64,000 nucleotides of DNA from the human T2T-CHM13v2.0 reference genome, Homo sapiens. The stretch is from assembly GCF_009914755.1 (NCBI RefSeq), contig NC_060929.1; one strand, 5' to 3'. The position numbers were made by a program, and so were the translations under genes. The notes beneath the pieces were generated by a model. That model was not told the DNA's origin and did no database searches. It saw only the letters and a program-made list of their open reading frames with translations. This document shows positions 13,452-29,525 of this stretch, piece by piece; position 1 is the first letter of the stretch, and every line of letters begins with the position of its first letter.

Positions 13452-14868
13452 CTGAAAAGATAATAGAAATAATTGTTATCTATAGTTTCATTGCAGTCTC
13501 ATCTGAAATCACATATTCTTTTGCAATAAAACACATTTCTTTGAAAACGCAACTGCAGGAACACTGTTAATGTCTGGCAATTTGTGAAACAGAGTAAGCA
13601 GGTTAAACCTGGACCTGTTTAGGCAGGAGATTTGTCTAATGTGATTGCTTATGCTCTGAGCCCACTGAGGCCCTTATTTTCTATCAGTAGCCAGACCTCC
13701 CGATGGGGCAAATTAGCATCATCTGCCAACTCCCTTTGTTCACATGTGAGTGGGGATAATGGTGCAGATTAAACATTGGACCTTGAGCTACTACCTGGCT
13801 CTCCCACTGCCATTCCAGGGCAGGACTAAGGAGAGGCCAGTACAACAAGGGGTGGAGCACTAGAGATGGAGGCAGAGGTAGATGCCAGGGAAGGAAAAGT
13901 GGATATGTCCAGGGAGCCCAGGCAGCCTTGAGCATGGAGGGCTGATGGAGCTGGAGTCACAATGAGAAAGGGAACAAGAGTCTTCCCAGACACCCTGTAT
14001 TCCTTGGTAAAGGGCTCTTTTCCCCTCCACTCCCATTACCACGGATGGTGAGTCACAAACTCAAATGCCTCCAGTGGCACATGACAGGGCATATAAATAA
14101 GGGAAGTAGTCCAAGGATAAGAAGAATGCTCTTTTACATTCTTTTTCCCCTGGACTTTCAATGGAAACATGCAAGCAAGAAAGACTTTTCTGTTTGCTAC
14201 CGGTAAAACAACAGCCAAGCACAATGGTAACTGGCAACACACTCTCAGCCTCGGTGAGAAGACAATAGAACAGTTGGGAATGGCAGGGAAAGTGGAAAAG
14301 CAGAGCCTTGATCTTACAAAGAGAGAACAACAACTTAGCTCCAGCTTATGCTGCAAAGAACATACAGTGGCCAAATCCTCCTTTTTCTTCCCCAAGAGAA
14401 GCTAGAAATCTGGATTTTACATAAAATCTCCCAATCATTAAACTGTTGTCAACAATTCCCAACTCTGTTACTAAGCACACTGTGCAAGACAATTATTTGC
14501 GTCTCAACAATATTAACCATTGCTGAAGGCCTTGAAAAGTAAGCTACACGAGGGCAGGGATTTTTGTCTAGTACAAAGTTGATGCTCAATCAATACCTAT
14601 TTGTTGAATGATGAATAAAAGCAGAGTTTCTGTAAGCCATGAATTTTCAACCCAAGAAAGAATATATGAAGAATTTCCCATAAAATAATCTTTAGGGTTA
14701 TGAGCCAAACTGCAAGTTAGTCCTAAAAGAGTTGACTCCAGCCAGCACGTGTCAAGAGAGAAGGCATTCAATCTGGGTTTAACCCCACAACCTTGCCTAT
14801 AACTTCTCCACCCCAGTATGTATAACTTTAGTATCTAAACTGTATCCTTATACTCAATCTACTTTTAC

Positions 14869-15000
14869 CTTATCATAAGAAACATCATCAAACATCTCCC
14901 GGATCTGAGCAGGATTTTCCACAGGTGTAGACACAGGGTGTGAGGAATTTAAAGCATCTACCTCCATTGCGTCAAAACATTTGCCAAAGAAATAATCTCC
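14869..15000 (-). CDS. ERAP1: ERAP1 exon 8 (132 nt; catalytic Tyr438)
   Basis: [24 protein letters not shown]...FDDVSYDK; TAG acceptor, GTAAAA donor. Confidence 0.98.
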
Positions 15001-15540
15001 CTATTGAGACAGAAAAAAGAAAACATCACCTATGATTTACATTTAGATAAAAAATGTCAAAGGTGGGACATTTTATCTGAGGCAAGAAGTCCATACTTCA
15101 CATTTTGGGGGCAACCTATTCCATATTTCCTAATATTTATGAAACAAAATAGAATTAATATATTCTAAAAGCTACCCAAGAAACAATGATTTTAGTTAAA
15201 CATTATAGATTTTGTTCATCTTAAGTCCTTTAGAATAAAGAAAATTTCGTATTAATCTAAAAACGAAACAATTATGCCTATAGCCAAACAGCAACACAAC
15301 AAGAAATTAACTGTATAGTAATTTCAACATTTCCAATCATTGTCTGTACTGTTTTAGAGCAAAGATACTTACCTTTAAAAACATAATGAAAATAAATGGA
15401 GAACCTTAACCAGCTTTATTAGAGCACATTAGCTCAACAGGACAATATGTATCCATAATCATTTTTATTACTAAAGATCATGTAGAAACATAAGAAAATA
15501 TTTATGATTATAATGCAATATTGATGTGTACTTTCTAATT

Positions 15541-15643
15541 ATGTACACAGGCAGATGAAAATAGGCAGTAATAAATATTCACAAATGTATATTTTAAATA
15601 ATGTATACAGGCAGATGAAAATAGGAATAAATATTTACAAATG
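15541..15643. repeat. Imperfect ~60-bp-period tandem duplication
   Basis: ATGTA(C/T)ACAGGCAGATGAAAATAGG...AATAAATATT(C/T)ACAAATG occurs at 15541 and 15601. Confidence 0.85.
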
Positions 15644-16207
15644 AAAAGAATCATTGGAGTAGGATAAAAAAATTTTTACATAAGTTTAATTTTGCTATAT
15701 GTGATTTTCTTAAGTTAAATGTGGTGATTTAAAAAATAAACCATATAGCAGTTCCAAAGCAATAAATTTGTGATCCAGAAGCCTAGGTTGTTATACAATC
15801 AAATGTGCAGTTACCTTAAGTATAACTCATTTGATTTGGCAAGTAGGGTCCTATTGAGATATCAGTAATCTGTACCTAATAATTCTGCAATGAGCAACCT
15901 GAAGGTTGGGAAAATGAAATGGAACATTTAGGCTGCCATTATTTCTATTTCTTTGATATTAAGAAATATAAAATCGGACAATTTACAAACAATCATAGAT
16001 TCACAACTGAGTTTGTAAATAAGTCTTTGTGGTATATCTTGAAAGTTCACTAGCATTTTTGCAACACGATTCATATCTAAACTGTCAAGGAAGTTATCAG
16101 TGAAATATTTTTATAAGTTCTATAATCAAAGATTAGTGAATATTTTCCAGCAATATTGAACAAAACAACAAATTAACCTCAAATGTGAAGGATAAATAAC
16201 TACTTAC

Positions 16208-16321
16208 AACTTTCAGTTCAGGATGGGTCACACTGACAGACACAAACTCCATAAATTTGGCAAATCCTTCATTTAGCCAAAGATCATTCCACCATTCCAT
16301 AGTGACCAGGTTCCCAAACCA
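16208..16321 (-). CDS. ERAP1: ERAP1 exon 7 (114 nt; third zinc ligand E376)
   Basis: [26 protein letters not shown]...ELKV; TAG acceptor, GTAAGT donor. Confidence 0.99.
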
Positions 16322-16610
16322 CTAAAAGCACAACATAAGCCATAAACAAAGACACTCAGAAAGAAGTATATTTTAGATGTCCAATATAAGTTTATGAATG
16401 TTAACATATATTTACAGGACCAATATTTAATCAAGGTAAAAATAAAAAAAGTTCAACATGCATTATAAGACATAAAAACGAATGCTTTGGAGAAACAATT
16501 TTTCCTATTAAAAAAAGACAAAGTAAAAATTATATAAATAGCCTTATATGTCCCATAGAAGCAATATAAATGTAGTTTATACTTTATTAAAAGTGTGAAT
16601 GAGCTTATAC

Positions 16611-16765
16611 CTGGTGGGCCAGTTCATGGGCCACAGTCATTGTGATGCCAAGCTTACTTGATGCAGAAGACTTTTCTGCATCAAACAACAGAGCAGATTC
16701 TCTATATGTTGTCAGTCCCCAGTTTTCCATAGCACCAGACTGAAAGTCGGGAATAGCAGCAAGAT
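16611..16765 (-). CDS. ERAP1: ERAP1 exon 6 (155 nt; GAMEN and HEXXH motifs)
   Basis: [23 protein letters not shown]...[13 protein letters not shown]; AAG acceptor, GTATAA donor. Confidence 0.99.
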
Positions 16766-16948
16766 CTTGGGAAGGAAGTAATAAAATACATTACCAGTCT
16801 CTAAGCTATACATTCTCCCAAACACTAATCTTCAGAATGGATAGGTGTTTGAACCAGCTGCCCGTGCATAATCATGGAGCTCTAGACTGGAAGAACCTTT
16901 CACAATGGAGAAAAAGAGGCTTAGTGACTCAGCATCACTTTGCTATAA

Positions 16949-17288
<340 letters not shown>

Positions 17289-17839
17289 TTTCAGGCCTCT
17301 TGACTCCATTTCTAACCTTCTGATGAGGAGTTTGGAAATTGAAAAACTAAACAATTATAATAATCCATTCTATTTTGGATGCCCAAGACCCACATATACC
17401 TAAAAAATCAAACATACAATAGTTTTAAGGGCTTGTGTAAGAAAGAAAATTCAGATTGTCTTACACTATATAAATTTATTCATTCAAAACAGTTTGTTGA
17501 GCATCCTCTGGGTTCCTGCCAAGCAGGTGCCAGTAAAGAAAAAATGTAGCCTCTTCCCTCTGCTGTCTGCCCACTAATAAAATCAGAAGGCAAAAGAGTC
17601 CCCATGCCATATGCCTCAAGAACTCTATGAAGATCTGCTTTCTTCACTATCACTAGAAGTTACTGTACTCATCAAGGGTGAGGAGATGCTCAGAAAGATC
17701 AACCGCAGGTTTGTCACTTGCTGGGGTTTTTGTGGCTTGAGGGGCTGCTGAGGCAACTACAGGGATGTGCCAATTATAATGACAAATCTATGACTGTGTT
17801 CATCAAATGTCATGTGTAATATCTGTGCAAAATCTCTAC

Positions 17840-17960
17840 CTTGTTTGGGTAGGGGATACGGTATGCTGAAATAATCCTCATAAAATTCTAGAAGAGTCAC
17901 CGCAGCATCCAGTGCATAATCTGCTTGATTTATCTTGTCTGGCACAGCATAAACAGAAAC
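17840..17960 (-). CDS. ERAP1: ERAP1 exon 5 (121 nt)
   Basis: [17 protein letters not shown]...PYPLPKQ; TAG acceptor, GTAGAG donor. Confidence 0.98.
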
Positions 17961-19585
17961 CTAAAGAGAAAGGCACAGAAAGGAATTCAAATATCTTAAC
18001 TGGCTTCTCTCCCCACATTGTGTAGAAGACTGACATTAATGTCTTCATATTGTGGGATATGGTTGCCAATATTAAAGAAAATAATTGGGAATTCCATTTC
18101 TTGCATTAATACTGACTGTTCCTGATTAATCCCCCTTCTGAAAACAACAACAAATGCTGGATAACATGTATAAAGTGTTCTTAAATGTGTTTATAAGATG
18201 GCAAATGAGAAAGAAAGATTTAGAAGCCAAAGTGAAATGACAGTTAGACCCTCTGATGTCAGGAGAGCACTGCAGCCAGCTTTAACCCTGCCGGCACTAG
18301 CCCAACACAGCTGGACTTGAGCTTTGGTTCTTATGTCATTGAAGGACTCAGGAGTTAAGAGACCAAGTCCAGGGCCTGCCCAAAGTAGAAAGTCTAACAG
18401 GACATACAATCCCTGCATAAAGCTAGTACCCAAAGGCCAGGCCTTTAATGTAAAGGTAAACTAGAAATAACTACCCTTTCTCAAGGAAACTACAAGTAAA
18501 GTGATCCCTGGACCAGTAAGTACTCCCAGACACTCTGTAAGAGCAAATACAATTTCTCTCTGGAATAATCCACTTTAGACTCAGGCAACGTAAGCTCACA
18601 AACATAATTCATAATACAAACAAGGAAACAAGATACCATAAGCAAGAGCCAGCAGAAACAACGAACCACAAAATCAGATACACAAAGAATTCAGATAAAA
18701 CAATTACCAGACACAGATATATAATTGTATGCTTAATGTGTTTAAAGAAATGAAAGAATTAAAAATATTAATATAGATTAGACATTACTAAAATAATCAT
18801 TTCTAAGAGATTCAGATAAGTGGCAAAACAATGGGCGGGTGTTTTTGCTGATAGTTTCACTGCTGAATTAAGAATGTTCCCTTCATCCGAGTCTCAAGCG
18901 TCACCTTCAAATCCCCAGTTAAGTAAAGATACCTCCACAAGAATAAGAAATCTCAGCACTAGAGGAACACAAAGCAATTCAGCAGGGAATCCCCATCTAT
19001 TCAGGCCTCAGTGAAAACCAGCACAAACACATAAGGTATCTTCAAACAAAGCATCCCTTCCTCCCCTCAGAAAAACCTGTTTGCATTCTGAGCTACGGCA
19101 CACAGTTGAATAGGTTGCCCACTATGCAACAGTACCCAAATGAGGAACAAGTGTGCCTTGAAACAAGATTTTTCTCTCCAGCATTCCAGTGTACCTGGCC
19201 CAAAGCCTTTGGGTATTCCAAGCAGGTTGCTCTATCTTCCTTACCATAGCCAGAAATCCCCTGCCAGATAGTAACATTTACTTCCAAACTGCAGAAAGCC
19301 ATAACCAGAAGCAACCTTAGAGACCATTGCAGGATCTAGTCCAAGTTATACCTTCCAAAGAAGTAAATACTAAGTTTCAGAGGGAATAGGGCCAAGGTCA
19401 GAGAGTCAGTGAAGTGACTGCAGTGAAGCCAGGATCACGACTCAGGCCAGGCCACACTCTCTCCACGTTGTTGTTATTAGAACCTCACTATACAAATGAG
19501 CATCCGTGACAACAGGCTGGCCAACCATCCCAGTTTGCCTGAGATTGAGAAGGTTCCCAGGATGCAGGACTTCCAGGATTTTGGT

Positions 19586-19895
19586 ATTTGGTTTTGTCTT
19601 TGTTTGTTTGTTTAGAGACATGGTTTTGCTCTGTTGCCCAGGCTGGAGTGCACAATCATACCTCATTGAAGCCTCAAACTCCTGGGCTCAAGGGATCCTC
19701 CCTAGTAGCTAGGACTAGTAGCAGGCACAAGGAACCATGCCTGGCTAATTTTTTTATTTTATTTTTTGCAGAGACAGGTTCTCACTATTTTGTCCAGGCT
19801 GGTCTCAAACCCCTGGCCTCAAGTGATTCTTCCACCTCAGCCTCCCAAACTGTTGGGTTTATGTTGGGTTTACACGCACGACCCACTGCACTCAG
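19586..19895 (-). mobile_element. Alu (AluJ-like, diverged)
   Basis: Diverged dimer with TTTG tail, ~80 bp from the exon 4 donor. Confidence 0.85.
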
Positions 19896-19972
19896 GCAGA
19901 CTTCCAGTTTTAAAACCAGTTCCAAGCAAACCAGAACAAGCTGGTCACCATATGTGACAGTCATAGGCTCAC

Positions 19973-20107
19973 CTTGACTCCACTCTTGGTTATCTTGCTG
20001 ACAGACTCAAAATCTGAAATGATGAAGGCCACCAGATAGGTGCTCATCTTCACAGTGACATCAAAATGGTCTTCTATGAGTCCTTCAGCAACAGTCACAG
20101 ATTTCAC
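19973..20107 (-). CDS. ERAP1: ERAP1 exon 4 (135 nt)
   Basis: [28 protein letters not shown]...KSGVK; TAG acceptor, GTGAGC donor. Confidence 0.98.
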
Positions 20108-20207
20108 CTAAAATCAGAATAATTCAAATTATCAAGTAATCCAATTATCCAATACAGTGAACATGATAAATTTCCTAATTATCAGACATAATATTAAAAG
20201 TGTATCA

Positions 20208-20462
<255 letters not shown>

Positions 20463-20841
20463 AATGACGCTTCTATAGTTACTTTAAAAGTTATCTTTCC
20501 AATGTCTAATTATAATTTAGATATTAACGTCAAACAGTTCTACTCAATTTCTTTTTTATTGAGATATAATTCATATACCATACAACTTACCATTTTAAAG
20601 TTTACAATACACTGTAAATCCACATTTGGCATATGTGGATTGATAACACGGATGAGACAAAGCAAAACTGAAATTGTGAGTTTTGCCAAGATGTGGCTGA
20701 TCCACTTTTCCTTAAATACAGGTTTGAGAATTATCTGGCAATGCAATGTCGAGCTGTTGAGCATATACGCAACGGGGAAAATATATAACCCTGTAGTACC
20801 TAAAAGCGCTTCTGTTCTGCTGTATAACTGAAAGTAACCTG

Positions 20842-21178
<337 letters not shown>

Positions 21179-21382
21179 TTAAGTGCAATCAGAGAGTAAG
21201 GGTGGGGTATGGTTGATGGAGGTACAGTCTTAGAGGTCTGCCCCTAAAGAAGAAAGTCTAACACGTCAGCAATAAAAAGCACGGAGATGGAAAAAGAACC
21301 AGCCAGAATTAGCTAGGTGAAACCATGGTCACGGGCATTTTTCCTGTAATCCAATACTTACCTCTATTGCTCTGACCTCATC

Positions 21383-21516
21383 TTTTTTTTTTTTGTTTTG
21401 AGAGATAGGGTCTTGCTATGTTGCCCTGGCTGGTCTTGGACTCCTGACCTCAAGAAATCCTCTTCTTCTGCCTCCCAAAGTGTTAGGATTACAACCATAA
21501 GCCACCTCACCTGGCC
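21383..21516 (-). mobile_element. Alu monomer (FLAM-like)
   Basis: Single arm of ~130 bp with poly-T. Confidence 0.8.
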
Positions 21517-21636
21517 CTCATCCTTCTTAATACCCATCAGCCACCAACTTCTGGTCACTATTTGGTCATTCAAACCAACTCTGCTACCCAGCCTAGGATT
21601 ACTCATAAAGGATCCCAAATCATCTTTTCTTTTTAA

Positions 21637-22000
<364 letters not shown>

Positions 22001-23671
22001 TAATTATTAGGAAAATAACCTGATTAAATTAATTCAAATTTAAATGTGATTAATTTCTGCCCCATGCCCAAAAGCTTCAATGTTCCAATGGTATATATTG
22101 TGTTTTTCTGGTCTCCAAAAAGATCTTTTGAGACCCCATTGTTCTCCCCTCAGCTCAATATCTGCAGCCTGAGGTCAGGCTACTCGTATTAGATTTCTGT
22201 TAGTGAGAGGTATTCCCGTCCAAAGGGACAACATTGCATTAGAAGTTTTCCTATCCTCAAAAAAAAAAAAGAAGTTTTCCTATCTTCACTAAGTGGATCC
22301 TGGATATCCATGGATTTAGACTGTAGCATCTTTGTGGCGCTTCCAAAGCTCCAGGCCTCCCTTCTGAAAGCTTACAAATTTCTCCACTAATCCTGTTTGG
22401 TCCTTCAGTCTCTCTCCTGTCTCCTTCCCATCCCTGGTCCTTTATTCTCCTAGAACTTTGATTCACCAATTAAAGAACTCACTTCTGTCCCAGGGAGTAA
22501 TACCACAATACTGGGGGAGAGGACTATATTTTGAAAAAGCACATCCTGTATATTAAATTTATATTAGGAAAATAGCATAATTGTTTCTTGTCTTTTCATA
22601 TACAAGGGTGGGAGTGGGGACAGAAGTTCTTGGCTGGTAGGAATTTGCAGAAGAGTGATTTTTACAGAGGATAGCCCTCTGGCGTGGGGTGGGAGATCCG
22701 AATCTTGTTTGAGGAAGGCATCCTTATGGTATGAAGGCAGGTAGGTATAGAGTTTTAAGGTTGAGAAGCACCACACTAGAGGTTGGTCTGTGGCTCTCAG
22801 TATCCCTCCATGTTATGATATTGCTTCCCCGGTCAGCACAGGGACAAAGCTGTTCTTCCCTCAGGACTCTAGGCAAAGCCTATTCTACTCTGACTCTGAT
22901 CCCCAGTGAGTTTCTCTGAACAAAGGATGTGCTTCCAGGAGGTGTTATATACCAGCTGCAGAATGACGGCCCAGCTGATGCTTTTCTAAACTACCAGAAT
23001 CAAAGGATGATGGCACTTACTGAACAGTTTTATTCATTTGGCATGGTCATCTTCTAGTCACTTTTAAAAATCAGAGGGAATGCTGTCCACATCCGCATTG
23101 AGATTGGGGAATAATAGTTTCCCTCTGGAAGCTAAGCTATCTATCATGACTTACCTTCAGCACCATAATATTTGGAAAAGATTACTTTTATTCTCTTTTT
23201 CTGTCTGCCCAATTTTGTACATTCAGTTACAAATTATATAATGAATATTACTATATAGTATATGTAACTTAGAGAAAATAACTGTATGCTAAAAATATGG
23301 CCTTATTGACAAAGCATTACCTTTAAAATCATTTTAAAAGATCATATGAGAAAATGAGGGTGAAAGTGCTTTGTGAAGGGCACTAATATTTAAACCTGAC
23401 CTGAATTTCTTATACCACTTCCCTCCTATCAGCATGTATAACCTGGCATGGCACTGTTACTGAAATCTTGCATTTTTAGGTGCAATTTTTACTTTGATTA
23501 CATATAACTATGGCTTGAAACAAAAGCATAGGTTATAAATGAAAAGTTAGTAACGATCTGCCAGGCAATAAAACAAAACAGGTGACCCAATGTTGACTGT
23601 CACTGGGCTAGTGCAAGTCACAGAGAATCAGTAGATTTTCCTATAGAAAATACACAGGAGTGCAGACTCAC

Positions 23672-23810
23672 CAATGGCATATTGGAGATGGCTAGGTGCC
23701 TTGGCTCTCTTCTAATTTTGATTGAGAAACTTGCTTTGAAGGCAGGTTCATCAAAGCAGGGAAAGGCCATTCTAGCTGCAGTGGGTTCAAATTGTGTTGA
23801 TGCTAGTATC
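23672..23810 (-). CDS. ERAP1: ERAP1 exon 3 (139 nt)
   Basis: [22 protein letters not shown]...SNMPL; TAG acceptor, GTGAGT donor. Confidence 0.98.
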
Positions 23811-23978
23811 CTAAAATTAAGGCAAGTGAAATAAAAATTGAGCATGAAGCACCAGGAACTCTAAAACAGGTGTTTGCTTTTTAATTCCTAAAGTTACTAT
23901 AAGATTGATGGATTTTGCTACTAAAAAATATTTCATCTGACAAAAGCTATCATAAACTAAGTTAAAAGACGAGTTACA

Positions 23979-24318
<340 letters not shown>

Positions 24319-24395
24319 TCATTTAAGAAGTATGTGAGGAAAACTTAATAGCCTTAACAGATAGTGAGATCCTAAAAATATGTAATCCTAAAAAT

Positions 24396-24731
<336 letters not shown>

Positions 24732-25489
24732 TCATTAACAGGCAATTCATAAAAGAAGAACCTATAAATCATTAACAAACATATCAAAAGCTGCTCAACT
24801 TCCTTAATCAAAGTTACGTAAATTAAAAAGAGATCATTTATTTGGGGACCTTTTTTGCTCTAAAAAGACTGCCAATATACACTATTGGTGAGGGGTAAGA
24901 AAAAATGACAAGGTTTATCAAAAATTTATAGGCTCTTTGGCTTACCAGTTTTACTTCTAGGCATTTATTCTAAAGAAATAATTTACAAAGATGCTCATCA
25001 AAGTGTTGTTGATACTGAAAAATTGGAAACAATTTCATTTCCATTCCCGAGGGATTAAAGATATTAATGTACAACTATGTATTTTAATAAAATCATTAAA
25101 AAGATGTCTAGTAATAGTCATTTATATAAAACATCTTCCCAACATATTAAGTTAAAAAATTTCCTTGTAAAAGAGAAAATATAAGAATTCTATTTATATA
25201 AAATAATATATATGCATATCCAGAAAGAAGTCTGGCAGAATATTCCAGTGAAATAGAAGTAGTGGTCAGTTCAGGGGGCTATGAGTGAAATAAATTTTAC
25301 TTTCTTACCTTGATAAAATAATATGGAATTTGAAAAATAAATTAGTATAATCTACCAACAAATAAAATTCCATTTTAAAACTGAGCATAAAATCTCCCCC
25401 AAATAAGTCTCCTCCTTAAAAACAGAACCAAAGCAAGGTGAGAAGAGATCTCTAAAAAAGTTTTAACTGAGATAAAAGTATTTCCTCTA

Positions 25490-25923
25490 ATATGTTGCTA
25501 GTAGGATTTGCTGAAGTCCTAACCTGTAGTATCTGTGCATGTGACCTTATTTGGACATAGGGTCTTTACAAGTATCATGGAGTGAAGAAGAGGCCACCAG
25601 GCTGGGCCCTAATCTGGTATGTCTGGTTTCCTTATAAGAAGATGGAGACTGGGACATAGGAAAATAGAATGGCCATGCGACTAACAGAGGGAGAAACTAG
25701 AATGACGCAGGTGCTAGGCATGGAGTACCAGGGATCCACGGCCACCACTAGATGCTAGGAAGATATAAGGAAGGATTCTACCCAGAGTCTGGAGGGAGCA
25801 CGGGCCTGCTGACACCTTGATTTCAGACTTCTAGCCTCCAGACCTGAGAGAGAATACATTTTGTTGTTTATAGCCACCCAGTCTGTGGTACTTTGTTACA
25901 ACAGCCCTAGGAAACTAATGCAC
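25490..25923 (+). mobile_element. MaLR LTR (MLT1-like)
   Basis: gtgaccttatttgga...ctgacaccttgatttcagacttctagcctccaga...cagccctaggaaactaatgca. Confidence 0.8.
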
Positions 25924-26213
25924 AGTTCAGGAAAATTAAACATGTTTATTATGTCTCAGAAATCGAACTAAATAAACAAATAGATATTTACTCTGATAGA
26001 GCTGGGGGAAAGAAAATTGGTTAAAATAGAATTTTAAAATGAGATTTAAAAAGCAAGGGAAAAAGCCATTTTTAACACTATAAAGAAGATGCAAAAGCAA
26101 AACTGAAGAAAAAGTTCAACAGCAAAGGGAATTTTAAAAGACAATCAATCTGAAATAATGAATTTAGCGTGGGCAGCACTTGCAGTTTAAAAGAAAAAGA
26201 GAAAAAAAAATAC

Positions 26214-26737
26214 CTCAGTTCCCCTTCCTTGGTTCTGTAGGTGCTTTTGTAAAATCCGTGGAAAGTCTCCGAAAGATTGCCAGCATAGTGAATGACAACT
26301 GTGTACGGGAGCCCGACAAGGAGGGGCTCGGGAGCCAGCAGTGCAATTTGCTCCTGAGGGGGGTGTTCCAGGACCTGCAGGGGTTCTTCCGATAGCCTCT
26401 CTCCAGCTCCCTTCCTGAGGGTGGCCCTAGATATCTGCAGGTGGTGACTATGCAGGATGATGGTGCTGGTGGGCTGACTGGCTGTGATTTCTACTTTCGT
26501 GGTTCCCCAGAAGGTCAGCGTGGTAAGGTTTGCATGGATCAAGAGATCATAATGAACTGGGATGACGTACTCAGGAAGTCGTATTTTATTCCAAGGAAAT
26601 GGTGTCCCATCACTACGTTTTGGAGATGCTTCAGTGCTCTGACACCATGAAGGAGTGGACACAGTTAAGAGAGCCAACAGTGAGGAAAGTAGAAATGACA
26701 TGGTTGCAAGGGACCATTTGAGGGGCAGAAACACCAT
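26214..26737 (-). CDS. ERAP1: ERAP1 exon 2 coding part (524 nt; N-terminal hydrophobic segment and start of domain I)
   Basis: ATG at 26737, ORF MVFLPLK...RTKEGEL(R), donor GTATTT after 26214, acceptor AG at 26756-26755. Confidence 0.99.
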
Positions 26738-27476
26738 CTTCTTGCTCTACCTACCTAGCGGCACAAATGTACAAAAGCAAAAATATATGTCATTAAAATG
26801 TTATTGACACAGCATAATTTCAGAATGTATCCACCCAGCATTCACAGAAATAGGCATAAACTTCCAAAAGTACTAGGTCTTTTCCTGAAAGTAAAAGGAC
26901 CTTCCCTATGTTATGGTTTCATATAAGAAAGATGTTTACAGTTAGCAACAATCATTAACACGTACTAGAAAGCATCATTTGATGTTCAAAGTTTAAATTA
27001 ACTCTACCTGTCAGGGTTCTTGGTTGAAAGCAACCGAACAAGCTCTGGCTGATATAGGCAGAAAAGGAATCATTAGGGGATCCTGAGTGGCTCACTACAC
27101 GGGTCACAGAGTTGCAGGACATTTGGGAAACCAGGCTCATGAAAGAAGCAAAACCAGATCCATATCAGAGGAACATCTGATCAAGCACCACTCCCCACTG
27201 ACACTGGACCTTGGAGAAAGTCACCCTAGTACCCTGGAAATCAAATGCTGACACAGTGGCAGCCACCACTAGAACGAGGTCTCCACTTCCCCTGTAAGTA
27301 TATGTAATGGTAACCTTTAATAACATCAGTGTCTTCCTCAAATTGTCATGCCAAAAGTTAATTACCTATTTATTTAGCCAGGAAGAGCTTAAAGAGCTTA
27401 ATTTTCCCAGTAGTTTGTGGCAAACGTATCAATCACCTGGATTGATTTTAAAGACATAAAAGCAATGTGAATTTTA

Positions 27477-27770
27477 GGCCAGGCATGGTGGCTCACGCCT
27501 GTAATCCCAGCACTTTGGGAGGATGAGGTGGGCAGATCACAAGGTCAACAGATCGAGACCATCCTGGCCAACATGGCGAAATCCCGTCTCTACTAAAAAT
27601 ACAAAAATTAGCTGGGTGTGGTGGTGCGCACCTGTAGTCCTAATTACTTGGGAGGCTGAGGCAGGAGAATCGCTTGAACCTGGGAGGCAGAGTTGCAGTG
27701 AGCTGAGATTGCACCACTGCACTCCAGCCTGGCAACAGAGCAAGACTCTGTCTTTAAAAAAAAAAAAAAA
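27477..27770 (+). mobile_element. Alu (AluSc-like)
   Basis: Full dimer; TSD GCAATGTGAATTTTA. Confidence 0.93.
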
Positions 27771-29433
27771 GGCAATGTGAATTTTAAGGAAGTTGGCAAA
27801 CCATGCCCCAAGCATCAAACATAAGTTTTTATTTCTTTTATACAAACGCACCTTTCTAATGGGTGTTTGCCAAGAGGGGCCCATACCAGGTGAATGCAAG
27901 TGATTGGCCCAAACTCCTCGTGTTCCAGTTGGGAAAAGTAGCAAGCTTACAATGTGGATCCCTCAAAGTGTTCACAGTACATGGAATTCTCCCTCTCTGA
28001 GATGTCAAGTTTCCTAACTCTGGCTGCATATTAATGTAACCTGGGAAGCTTTTAAAATTTTCGATGCCTGGGTCCTTATTGACAACAATTAAACTGGAAC
28101 CTATGGTGATAAGATCGGGGTATGGTTTTACGGATTGTTTAATTTCTGGTTTTTGGTTTTTTTTTTTTTAAAAAAAAAAAACTGTCCAGAGATTTTACTG
28201 AGAAGCCAAGGTTGAAAAGCTCATCCTTGCCAAATCCTGGCTTTCCCCCTTCAACTCTATGTGATAGGATACTAATTCAAGGCAATGGCTGAAGTGCCTT
28301 CCCTAACCCCTGACTTCCTTGCTCCCTTCCCAAATGCACAGCTCAAGGGAATTCCCTTCTCCTCACCTCTGGAGCAATCTGGAGGCTAAACAGAAAGGAT
28401 ACCTACACATTAGAGAGAGTCTTGGAAATCTCATAATCCCAGTTCAAAAGGCACCACCCAGGTGAGACAGGAAGTGTGAACAGGGAGAACATTTTTTTGC
28501 CCTTGAAGTTGGGGAACTAGAGAGTAAATGGAACTTGTGTTTTGCTTTCCATATGGAATTACTGGCAGCAACAGCTTAATGAGCATCGCCCCTGCCCCAA
28601 GACGGGATCCAGAGGACTCTGTGAAGGTGGCAGGTTCAAGCATGTAAGGACTCTGAAAGTCCCCGAGACCTCTCCAACAGCCCCAGAGAAGATCTAGAAA
28701 TTCCAACTCGTTATGAGCTGACAGAAAGGCTGATGTGCTGCGGAAGGGGTTGGTACCGGGACCTTGGATCAGAGGCTTTGCAGGGTTGGGTCCATGAGGG
28801 GTCCAAAGAGAAACAGTTATGTCTCAACGAGGATGCAGTGCATGAGTGGGGCTTGGTAAAAACTCCATGTAGTGAATAAAGGGCTTCACTAATAAATTCT
28901 CTTATTAATCCCAAACTGTAGGCTACATCCAAGATTCTGTGATCATGTTCGTGTGTTTGGCTCTTCCCCTGAAAAATTAGCTCTTGTTTGGCTTTGCTTC
29001 CAATAGTAAGTGTTCCAGTTTGAAACATGGCATTTCATGGTTCTGGCTGGTCTCCTAGGGTCTGGTTTTACTAACAATTTTCTGAAAGGGAGGCAGTTAA
29101 AAAAAAAGAAAGCTCTCAAAAACAGTAGTCTACTCAATATAAGCAGCTCTTCCCAAGAGAAGTACAATTCTCTTTGAAGTTACACTCCACTAACACTTAA
29201 AGGAATAGAAGCCAAGGAGGAAAAAGAACTAATATTTACTAAGCTCCTCCAAAGTGCCAGGCACTTTACACATGCTCACTCTCTCTAATAGCCTATTATT
29301 CTCATTCAAGGTGGGGTAACTGAAGCAAAGAACCATTCATGTAACTTTGCTAAGTTCACACAACTTGTTGGAATGCAATCCACATCTGTGTGAGTATAAA
29401 CTCCCTGCTTTTTCAGCTTCACCAAGATCCCTC

Positions 29434-29525
29434 TTTTTTTTTTTTTTTTGAGACGGAGTCTCGCTCTGTCTCCCAGGCTGGAGTGCAGTGGTGCGATCTT
29501 GGCTCACTGCAACCTCTGCCTCCCT
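29434..29525 (-). mobile_element. 5'-truncated Alu fragment
   Basis: Poly-T plus ~75 bp of right arm. Confidence 0.85.
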
